Source of the DNA: a virus
Length of the DNA stretch: 64,000 bases
Direction: 5' to 3' (one strand)
IMG/VR virus record: IMGVR_UViG_3300014501_000001
Location: 49,097 to 113,096 of that record
The stretch's first letter is position 1, and every line of letters begins with the position of its first letter. A program made the translations under genes and the position numbers. Positions 37,641-46,672 of the stretch are shown piece by piece. Below the pieces are notes generated by a model. The model did no database searches. It was not told the DNA's origin and worked only from the letters and a program-made list of their open reading frames with translations.

Positions 37641-37683
37641 GCGCCATGACGTAGGCTGAGCGTCCTCGCATCTGGCTGATAGC

Positions 37684-37727
37684 GAAACCGGCGCCGTCGT
37701 CCTTCGGGGCGGCGGCGCCGGTTTTTC
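37684..37727 (+). terminator. Intrinsic terminator ending the late operon
   Basis: GAAACCGGCGCCGTCGTCC-TTCG-GGGCGGCGGCGCCGGTTTTTC. Confidence 0.9.
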
Positions 37728-37759
37728 GCGTTCCCGCAGGCCAGGCGCTATGCCCGAAT

Positions 37760-37807
37760 GCTCTCGCTAATGGTGAAAGAGCACGCTTTAAAGAGCTTAG
37801 TGATAGC
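37760..37807. other. Candidate attP of the serine integrase
   Basis: 48-bp AT-rich imperfect palindrome; outer arms GCTCTCGCTAA/TTAGTGATAGC (9/11); centre AGC-AC-GCT. Confidence 0.6.
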
Positions 37808-37815
37808 TTAGCCGC

Positions 37816-39222
37816 ATGGTCGAACGATGCGCGCTCTATGCCCGCCTCAGCTACGCCCCGGACGGCTCCGTCGAGGCCGTCACCCGGCAGGAGGAGTTCG
37901 CCCGGGGACTGGCCGCCCGGCTGGGGTGGGGAGTCGGCGCGGTTTTCGTGGACAACAGCCTCTCAGCCTGGAAGCGCGGTGTCATCCGGCCCGGCTGGGA
38001 CCGGATGCTGGCCGGCCTCCGATCCGGGGCATGCGACGGCCTGGTTTCCTACCACGGCGACCGGCTCATCCGCAGCGACCGGGGCCTGATCGACCTGTTC
38101 GACATCGCCGAGGAACGCGGCCTGCCGATGGCATCGGTGTCCGGCACCCGCGACCTGTCCAGCCCCGATGACAGGTACATCCTGCGCATCGAGGTCGCCG
38201 GGTACATCAGGGAATCCGACAGCATCTCCCGCCGCGTGAAGGCCGCCCTGGAGCGCAACGCCCGGCTCGGGAAGGCCCGGCCGGGCAGGTACCGGGCCTA
38301 CGGCTACGACCGGGCCGGCATGGAGATCATCCCCGGCGAGGCGGCGGTCGTGCGGGAGATGGCCGCCCGGATGCTCGCCGGCGCCGCGCTCAACTCCGTG
38401 CCCCGCTGGCTCAACGCGGAGAGCGTGCCGACCGTGACCGGAGCCCCGTGGATCCGCGCCACCGTCCGCTCCGTGCTGACCTCCCCGCGCATCGCCGGGC
38501 TGCGGGCACTGCGGGGCGACATCATCGGCCCCGGGCAGTGGCCGGGGATCCTGGACCGGGAAACCTGGGAGGACGTCCAGCAGGTCGTGAAGTCCTGGCA
38601 CTACGGCAAGGGAAGGGGGTCCAGGGTGCCCCGCGCTCACCTGCTCACCGGCATCGCCGCGTGCGGCTCCTGCGGGCGCGGCCTGCGGTCCCTGCGCCGC
38701 AGCGGCCACCCGGACAGGCACATCTACTGGTGCGACAACCCCGCGTGCCCCGGCCCGAAGGTCGCGCGCTCGGAGGAGCACCTGGACGAGTACGTGACCA
38801 CCGCGACGATCACCGTGCTGAACTCGCCGGAAGCCCGCGCCTCCCGGCAGCAGCGGCAGGGCAGCCCCGTGCTCGCCGCGGAGATCGCGGCCCTGGAGAC
38901 CCGGATGAGCGCCGAGCAGGCCGCGATGGACGAGATGCGCGACAGCGGCGACCCCGACTACGACCCGGTACTGGCGATGCGCCGCATCGGGTCGTGGAAA
39001 CGGCGCATCGCCTCGCTGCGGGGGCAGATGGAGGCCACCTCCCGCCAGCGGCTCATCGACGCCACGGGAGAACTCACCCGGGGGCAGTGGGACGGGCTGA
39101 CCCTGGAGCGGCGGCACGCCATCATCTCGGCGCTGTGGGAGGTGACCGTGCTGCCTGCCGCGAGGAAGGGGAGGCAGCCATTCGACCCGGAGTGCGTGCG
39201 GCTGGTGCTGCGGGAGGACTGA
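37816..39222 (+). CDS. int: Large serine recombinase (integrase)
   Basis: YARLS catalytic motif, DNSLSA, RPGW, DRLIR, recombinase domain, and zinc ribbon LLTGIAACGSCG...YWC. Confidence 0.95.
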   Translation: MVERCALYARLSYAPDGSVEAVTRQEEFARGLAARLGWGVGAVFVDNSLSAWKRGVIRPGWDRMLAGLRSGACDGLVSYHGDRLIRSDRGLIDLFDIAEERGLPMASVSGTRDLSSPDDRYILRIEVAGYIRESDSISRRVKAALERNARLGKARPGRYRAYGYDRAGMEIIPGEAAVVREMAARMLAGAALNSVPRWLNAESVPTVTGAPWIRATVRSVLTSPRIAGLRALRGDIIGPGQWPGILDRETWEDVQQVVKSWHYGKGRGSRVPRAHLLTGIAACGSCGRGLRSLRRSGHPDRHIYWCDNPACPGPKVARSEEHLDEYVTTATITVLNSPEARASRQQRQGSPVLAAEIAALETRMSAEQAAMDEMRDSGDPDYDPVLAMRRIGSWKRRIASLRGQMEATSRQRLIDATGELTRGQWDGLTLERRHAIISALWEVTVLPAARKGRQPFDPECVRLVLRED

Positions 39223-39319
39223 GCGGGCTGTCCGCAGACGACCAGAGTCAGCGAGAATAGTTCGGCTTTTGCGCGCGGCGCGCTGGGAAGGGCGTTGAGC
39301 CCCCTGTATAGTACGGCTT

Positions 39320-39979
39320 ATGAGCAATTCCCTGACGGGACATGGTTTCGGGCAGCAACCGGGCACTCATGCACCCAACTACGACCGGAAGTTCCCGGCC
39401 GAGCCGCTGAGCCCGGCCGAGGTCGGTGCCATCATCGGCGCATGCTCCCGGAAATCACCGACCGGGATCCGCAATCGCGCGCTGCTGACCCTGCTCTACC
39501 GCTCCGGGCTCCGCGTGTCCGAGATCCTTGCGCTGCGTCCGGCCGACGTGGACATGGCCCGTCGCAGCATCCGGCTGCTGGACACAAAGAGCGGTCACGC
39601 GCAGACGCGCCACTTCCATGCCACGGCCGAGGACGCGCTGGCGCGCTGGATCGATACCCGCAAGGGACTCGGGATCAGGAGCGGCAAGTTGTTCTGCACG
39701 CTCACCGGAACTCCCATGTCCGATGACTACGTGCGCGGCCTGCTTCGGCGACTCGCCGTGAGGGCGTCGATCGACAAGCGCGTGCACCCGCATGGCCTGC
39801 GCCACACCTTCGCCGTGGAACTGGAGCAGGACGGCACTCCGGTCACCGTGATCAGCAAGCTACTCGGGCACTCCAGCGTGGCCGTCACGGCTCGCTACCT
39901 GGATCACCTGACCAACGCACAGGCTGGATCGGCTTTGCAGTCGGCCCAGCTTCCATCCTTGGAGGATTCCGATGACTGA
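39320..39979 (+). CDS. Tyrosine recombinase, catalytic domain only
   Basis: RNRALL...SGLRVSE, K, HPHGLRHTFA, LLGHSS...TARY; TATAGT lies 7 nt before the ATG. Confidence 0.92.
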   Translation: MSNSLTGHGFGQQPGTHAPNYDRKFPAEPLSPAEVGAIIGACSRKSPTGIRNRALLTLLYRSGLRVSEILALRPADVDMARRSIRLLDTKSGHAQTRHFHATAEDALARWIDTRKGLGIRSGKLFCTLTGTPMSDDYVRGLLRRLAVRASIDKRVHPHGLRHTFAVELEQDGTPVTVISKLLGHSSVAVTARYLDHLTNAQAGSALQSAQLPSLEDSDD

Positions 39980-40256
39980 GCGGCTGGCACCGCTGAGCGA
40001 GCCGCTGGAGTTCGCCCGGAATCCCAGCACCGGCCGCGTCCACATCATGCGCTGGTGCCCGCGCGATGAGGGCCCGTCCTTTGCCGCACTCACGCTGTCT
40101 GTCCATATCCGGGTACTCTGCGGCGTTGACCTGTGGGGCGCACCGTACGTCGCTGGTGACGGCTTCGCTGACGACGACTTGTGCATCGCATGCGTCCGGG
40201 CGCTCGGTGACCAGCAGTGGCGTGCATTCCACGTTGGCAACCGGGGGCCATCATGA
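39972..40256 (+). CDS. Hypothetical Cys/His protein
   Basis: Overlaps both neighbouring genes. Confidence 0.6.
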   Translation: MTERLAPLSEPLEFARNPSTGRVHIMRWCPRDEGPSFAALTLSVHIRVLCGVDLWGAPYVAGDGFADDDLCIACVRALGDQQWRAFHVGNRGPS

Positions 40257-40675
40257 CCGATGAGCTGGAAAGGGCACGGGAGCGCAGGCGCCGGGCCTGC
40301 CAGCGCGTCGGCGCGTTCGGTCCTTCTGGCCGGAAACGGCAGGCGATCGACCGGGTGATGGCCAGGGTTGACTCGGCGGCGGAACGGCATGACCCTGCCG
40401 CCTACTACGCAGGGAAGGCGCCAACGCCCGAGCGCATCACGATAGCCCTTGACTACCGGGAGTTGTACGGCCCCGAGGTTGACCGGGCACTCGGCGGTGA
40501 GGAACCCATGGTTGATGAGTGGGAATCGGGGGTGCGCACGCCGGGCCTTGAGCAGATCCAGGCACTCGCGGAGATGACGGGCTTCACGGTCCGGTGGTTC
40601 TACGAGCCAGCGCCCCCGCCTCTCGGCGGCGGCTGGATTTGCGGCACCGATGGCTGCGCTCCCCTGACCTCTTGA
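40253..40675 (+). CDS. XRE-like HTH protein
   Basis: PERITIALD...GPEVD..LG..EPMVDEWESG..P..EQIQALA. Confidence 0.75.
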   Translation: MTDELERARERRRRACQRVGAFGPSGRKRQAIDRVMARVDSAAERHDPAAYYAGKAPTPERITIALDYRELYGPEVDRALGGEEPMVDEWESGVRTPGLEQIQALAEMTGFTVRWFYEPAPPPLGGGWICGTDGCAPLTS

Positions 40676-40730
40676 CACCCTGTCACCCCGGAGGCCGGGC
40701 AGTCCCCCGCTGACCTGGCCTGGTTCCCGG

Positions 40731-41414
40731 CTAGCGGTAGAACTCCCGGCGCACGCTCAGCAGCCACGCCTCTGCTGCCGCGATGTCAGGCTCACCGGGC
40801 AAGACGCCCGGCTGGTCGAATACCCGCTCAGCGGCGGCGATCATCCTCTCGCCGATGGATGGATCCTCGGCGACGTGCTCGCCGAACTCCCGGCACTCCC
40901 GCACCTGACCGGCCGTCAGCCTGATCGCCAGCTCGCCCGTGGAGTGCAGCGCCGTGCCTTGCTGGCACAGCCTCATCAGGTGGCGTCCGTGTTTTTGCGT
41001 GCGCTTACGGGTGTCGGCCGAGAATGACCCGTCGCCGCGGTCCCTGAGCTTGCGGAGCTGGCTGACGGAGTACCCGAGGTAGGCGTTCCTGACCGTCCGG
41101 GTGCTGAGCAGCCTGCGCCGGATGGCGATCAGTTCGTCACCGAGGACGGAGCATGTGTCGTATTCCGGCAGCCACAGTAGCTCGGTGATCGTCGGGTTGG
41201 CCTTGAGCGCAAGCGAGAGGTACTTGCGCGCCTCGTGCCAGGTGATGTCCGAGGGCTCCTTGTAGACGTAGCTCTCCTTCGGCGACGACAGCCCGAGCAG
41301 GTCAATGGTCGGCCGGGCAAACATGCCGATGCGGTCCACATCGGAACCGGAGTGATCAAGCCCGTAGGCAGTGGATCCGACCACGCCGGCAAGCAGCACG
41401 GTTCCGGGGATCAT
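40731..41414 (-). CDS. Pol-beta superfamily nucleotidyltransferase (YcgL/RlaP-like)
   Basis: VGSTAYGL...SDVDRIG, KANPTITELLW, KHGRHLMRL. Confidence 0.88.
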   Translation of the reverse strand: MIPGTVLLAGVVGSTAYGLDHSGSDVDRIGMFARPTIDLLGLSSPKESYVYKEPSDITWHEARKYLSLALKANPTITELLWLPEYDTCSVLGDELIAIRRRLLSTRTVRNAYLGYSVSQLRKLRDRGDGSFSADTRKRTQKHGRHLMRLCQQGTALHSTGELAIRLTAGQVRECREFGEHVAEDPSIGERMIAAAERVFDQPGVLPGEPDIAAAEAWLLSVRREFYR

Positions 41415-42794
41415 GCCGCCTCCCGGTCCGCCAGCCAGCGGAGCGCCCCGGCCTCGTCCTCGAACTCCCCGGCGTCCTGCGCGGCCAGGGCCTCGGCGAG
41501 AAGCGGCCGGAACGCCGGGCCTGGCACCATCCCGGCGGCGATCAGGTGGTCACCCGTCAGCAGTCCCTTCGCGGGCCGTTCCTGCACGCTCAGCCCGCGT
41601 CCCATCTCCAGCCATGCGGCGGCAGGGTTGGGCGCATCAGGGTCGCCGCGCCCGGCCTGGTCGGCGCCGCAGACGAGCGTCATCTCGGCCAGCGTTGCCG
41701 GGGCGAGCCTGCGGGCCAGCCTGCGCACCGCGGGCTTCGTCGGCCGCCCGGCGATGCACATGTGCTCGCGCACCAGCGGCAGGATGCGCGCGGTGGTTCC
41801 CTCCGGGCAGCCGATGGAGCGCAGGAAGTCCCGTGCCGGCTCCACGCCTGCGGCGGCGTGGCCGTGCGAGGTGATCCGGCCGCCGTGCGGCCACTGCGTG
41901 TGGGTCACCTTCCCGAAGTCATGCGCCAGCGCGGCCATGACGACCACGAAGCGGTCAGTGCCAGTCAGCCCGGCCTCATCAGCGAGCCTCGCGGCCTGGT
42001 CCGCAGCGAACCCGGAGTGAACATGGACATTACCCTCCGGGTGCCAGCCGGGGTCCTGCGGCACGGCGTGCAGGGCGGCGATCTGCGGGAAGTGGCGTTC
42101 CCATCCGGAGGCTTCCAGCGTGTCAAGGGCGACGGAGATGCGCGTCCCCCTGGTGCCGATCTTCTCCATCTCGCACCAGACGCGCTCCACCGGCAGTTCG
42201 CTGTAGGCGTCTGCGAGCCGGCGGCAGAGGATGATGGTTCCCAGCGCCAGCCGGAACCCGAACCTGGCAGCGAACTGGACGGCTCGCAGGACCCGCAGCG
42301 GGTCCTCGCTGAACGCCTCCGTGGTGTGGCGCAGGACGCCGGTCTTCAGGTCGGCCATGCCGCCCCAGTGGTCGGTGATCTCGCCCGTTGCCGGGTCGGC
42401 CATCATCGAGTTGACGGTGAAGTCACGCCGGCCGCTGGCCTCCCGGAAGCCGAGGGAGCCGTCCGGGATTACGTCAAAGCCGCGATGGCCTGCGCCGGTC
42501 TTGGACTCGCGGCGCGGCAGGGAGATGTCCAGGTCCGTATCCCCGGCGCGGACCTTGAGCACGCCGAACGCCTTGCCTGCCTCGGTGACCTTCCCGGCAT
42601 CAGCCAGTGCCGCAGCCAGGACGTCCGGATCGGCTACCCCGGTAGACCTCGACGTCTATGTCCTTGCTGACAGCGCCGGGGTTCATGATGGCGTCGCGGA
42701 CGTAGCCGCCAACCAGCATTGGCCGGCCGCCAGCCCTGCGGATGACGGCGAGCGCGCGCTCCGCATCCGGTCCCGGCCGACTGGCTAGCTGCAT
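41411..42794 (-). pseudogene. cca: Class II CCA-adding/tRNA nucleotidyltransferase with HD domain, broken by a one-base insertion near 42641 (or sequencing error)
   Basis: LVGGYVRD...KDIDVEVY in one frame; GKAFGV, RRDFTVNSM, EDPLRVLR, ERVWCE, HPEG and HDFGK in the next frame. Confidence 0.85.
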
Positions 42795-45184
42795 GCTTCT
42801 TATTCTCCCGTGGCCATCGGCGCAGGTACATCGGGTTTCGCGCTCGCGGCCACGAGTACCGCCCGTGCCCGCTCGCTGCATTCCCGGCATGCTCCCGACG
42901 CCTCATGCTCGGCTAGCTGGCTCGTGGACAGGCTCTTGCAGCCTGCCATGAAGTGGCGGTCAAGGCTCTCGATCAGTTCTGCGGCGGTCACTGCTCCCCC
43001 TCTGGTGCCGGGCAGGACATAAAATCACCGCGCGCAATGGCCTCCGCAGCCATCCTCAGCGACTCCTCGCGGATAGTGAACGCTCCTGCTGCGATCCTGG
43101 CAGCAATGGAGAAATGGCGCCTGCGGGCCCGCCAGCGTGTTCCGGTTGCCCCGGGCGGCTCGTACTTCTCCATGTGGGCGAGGATCTTTTCCGCTACAGA
43201 CTCAGCAAGAAGGGGTGCTGCCGCGTCCAGGGCAGCACGGGCCGCGTCCGTCTCGAACGTGAACGGCTTCCCGTCGCAGGCGCCGTCAGCCATGCAGCCG
43301 TTTACCCCGTCGCCGCGGCAGTCGATCCGGTGCAGGGCCATGGCCGCAGCGTCAAGGGCGGCTTGCGGGTAGTCAGGCATCCGGCCAGCCTCTCAGCTTC
43401 CGCAGCGCCGCGAACAGCGCCTCGATGCCATCCTCGTCGTAGCCCAGCGCCGTTCTCGCTGCTGTGGCGACAAGGCAGTCTGATTCCGTGGCCTCTGCGG
43501 TCTCCATCCACTGCAGGGCCATACCGCGCGCCTCGTAGGGGCTCAGCGCTCCCCGCATGGATCCCCGGCTCACCAGCACGAGGGCTTCCCGGCGCTTGCT
43601 GGACCCGGCCGGCAGGAGGCTCAGCGTCGTGGCCGTGCCGAACTGGGTGCGCCCGGAATCGGACAGGAGGTCCGACGCGAAGGCCGATACCTGCGCGGCG
43701 GGCAGGCCGACGTCTACGAGCTTCATCATCATCTCGGCGTAGGCGGCGCAGGTTACGAGGTCCAGGGCCGTGGCGCGGACATCAGCGACGGAGGCGTAGC
43801 ACTGGAGCGGCCCCCACTCGATGAGGCACGCGCGCTCCCGGTCAGGGTCACGGGTGGACTCGATCCTGATCGTCTCGTCGTCAGGCATCGCCGGTCTCCT
43901 CCAGCAGCGCGCGCCTCCGGTGCCCGCTGTTCTCGCGGCTCAGGTTCCGGAACTCCGGGTCGTCGCTGAGCGACCACAACTCGTCAAGCACGATGTCCGA
44001 CGCCAGCTCATGCGGCTTGCGGCCCGTGCGCTCGCACAGCGCCTCGAATGTCCCGACCTGCCGCTCTCCCCAAACCCGGACCGTGGTCCTTACCCAGGGA
44101 ACACCAGAGCGCCGGTCGGTGTAGCGGCGCAGCGGGTTAGCTGGCATCGGTGGCCGCGCATCCGTGCTCTACCTGATGCGCGGCCACTCGCGTGGCTAGG
44201 TCGCCCCAGCCATCGCCAGCGCCGACAGGGCACACGATGTCGCCGTCCTCCGCGTCCGGGTCATTGGCGAAGCATTCCAGCCAATGCGAGTCACCGTCGT
44301 ACGTGACGAAGATCATGCTGGTATCAGGCATCCGGCTTCCCCTTCGGCTCCCAGATCAGCCACAGCCCGCATCCCCGGCAGGGACGCTGGTCATGGGTCT
44401 CCATCATCAGGTCCGCGTACTCGCTGGATGCCACGTAGGGCCCGGGCCACGGCTCGTGAGGCTCGCACTCCGGGGTAGTAGCGGGCCGGGTGACGAGCGG
44501 CATGCCGGGACGGTAGCCCAGGTCGCAGACGAACACCTGGTTGCGGCGGGATCTAGGCACGGGCAACTCCCGGCATCAGCGCAGGCATGTCGCCCGAGCC
44601 GTACATCGCGTCTAGCTGCGGGTGCAGCTTCTCCCCCAGCGTCAGGCCATCCGGTAGCACGACCCACCCAAGGAATGCCTGCTCGGCCGTCACGATCTCG
44701 CTGTCGATCGCCTCGCACTGCGCCTTGATCCACAGCGATAGCGCGGCCCACCGCTGGCGGACGGCCTGCTGGTAGCGCTTCTCGGCCTCGGCGGCGCTGC
44801 GGCTCGTGTATGACCTCGGCGGCGGCAGGTGAGTGAACTCGCGCGACTCCCGGTCCGGCAGTGCCACGTCGAGCCGCATGCGGCGGCCGTTCATCTCGAA
44901 CACGACCTGCGCCCGGTCGCCCGTCGTGGCGTAGCCGAACGCTGTTGCGCCGTAGCGGGCCAGCGTGCGCTCGATCTCGCCGCGCCGCTGCTCAGGGCTG
45001 ACGCTCGTCGTTGCCGCGTACTTAGCCATCACTCGTCCCCTATCAGGTCAGCGAACGGCACCCAGTGGCCGCCAGCCGCTGCTCGCTTGCTAAGCGCCTT
45101 GATGACGTGGACCTGCCCGGCGCAATTGCCTGAGCCGTCGCACCTCTGGAGCGTCCTTGCGTCGTGCTTGATGACAAGTTGCCG

Positions 45185-45334
45185 GATCCGTTCCCGCTCT
45201 GCTGCCCGTATGGCCGGTGCCGAGTCCGGGCATCCGCCCTCATGCGTGATCACTCCCTCAGTAAGGGGAGCCATGCAGGCTGAGCAGCACCAGATGCCAT
45301 CGGGGTACCCGCCGCTGAGGGTAAGGAGCCAGCG
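45185..45334. repeat. Direct repeat, copy 1 (copy 2 at 63844-63993)
   Basis: About 150 bp with about 14 mismatches by hand alignment. Confidence 0.9.
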
Positions 45335-46303
45335 AGAGGGAGGCTGGTCAACTGCCATCAATGGCCTCCATCGGTCCCGTGAAGCGGCGCCCGGAGTTGT
45401 TCTCCTCATGCCGGGAGATGGCCGGGACGCTGTAGCCCAGCAGCAAGCCGAGGATCTGGTGCCGGTTCGGGTGCTTGTCGCGGAACGCCGACTCGAACAG
45501 GTCAATGACCCATCGCGCCGCCGCGTACCCGCAGGATGCCGTCCCGTCGCCGTTGTCGATCACGAAGGGCAGCACGTCCTGGCCGATGGCCGCCGTGCTC
45601 AGCCGCGTGGATGCGCGCAGCATCACCATCGGGTCGGCCGGGCAGTGGCCGGCCAGCGCCATCGGGCGGACGCCACGGGAAACTAGGTAGGCGTGCTCAA
45701 GCAGCACGTCGTTACCCGGCAGGCCGGCGTCATCTGGTCCCCAGCCTGGGATCGGGTCAACTGCCATCGGTACTCTCCTCGCCGAGAATGGCCAGCAGCT
45801 CACCAAGGGGCACGACTTCCATGCTCTGCCCCTGCGCCGGCCCGTTGCCAGGGCGGAACAGGGTGAAGGCGGCTTCTCTCGCTGCCGTCCTGATGCGCTC
45901 TTGCTCGGCTGCCACGGCCCCGGCCATGGCGCCGTCGATGATGTTGGCATCGGGACTGCCTCCCAGGTGCAGGACGTGCGCGCTCTCGCACGGCGCGGGC
46001 TCGTCGCCTAGCTCGCGGATCATCGCGCCGAGAGGGAGCCGGTGCACGCCGTGCTTCCCGTTCCCGGCGCACCAGGATGCGTGGCAGTCAACCGGGTAGG
46101 TGGCTTCCCAGATGTCAGCGAGAGCGGCGCAGCGTTCCCGCTCGGCTGCCGCGACGGCATCGCCGATGAGCATGTCCACTTCCCGCTGCCCGTCGTCCAG
46201 GTCATCCCAGGGCACCAGCCAGGAGGGCTTGGGCGCGGGCTGCTGCTTGGCCCATGTGACCCACGTTTCCCTGACGGTCTGGCCACGCTGCTCGCTGAGG
46301 GAG

Positions 46304-46672
46304 TCAGCCATTGCCCGCACCCGCTTTCTGGTACCGGGCATGCTGGCCGCCCCACGGCAGCAGCAGGCCGTCCCCGGCCCGGCGCGGCACAACATGCACA
46401 TGGAGGTGATAGACGCTCTGCGTGGCCAGCGCTCCGGCTGACGTGATGAAGTTGCAGTGCCCTAGTTCCATCTGCCCGGCCAGATCGGCGGCAAAGCGCA
46501 GCGCATTCCCGGCCGCCTCCGGTGCTGCCATCGCGTCGGTGACATGCACCTGCGGCACCGCCAGCCAGTGCTCCGGCGTGACCGGGTTCAGCGGCCGGAA
46601 TGCGACGGAGCAGTCATCCTCGTAGTCGTACTCACCAGCCGCGATGCGCTTGCAGAACGGGCAGTCAGCCAT
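46304..46672 (-). CDS. HIT family nucleotide hydrolase
   Basis: DCPFCKRI, PLNPVTPEHWLAVP, QSVYHLHVHVVPR. Confidence 0.92.
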   Translation of the reverse strand: MADCPFCKRIAAGEYDYEDDCSVAFRPLNPVTPEHWLAVPQVHVTDAMAAPEAAGNALRFAADLAGQMELGHCNFITSAGALATQSVYHLHVHVVPRRAGDGLLLPWGGQHARYQKAGAGNG

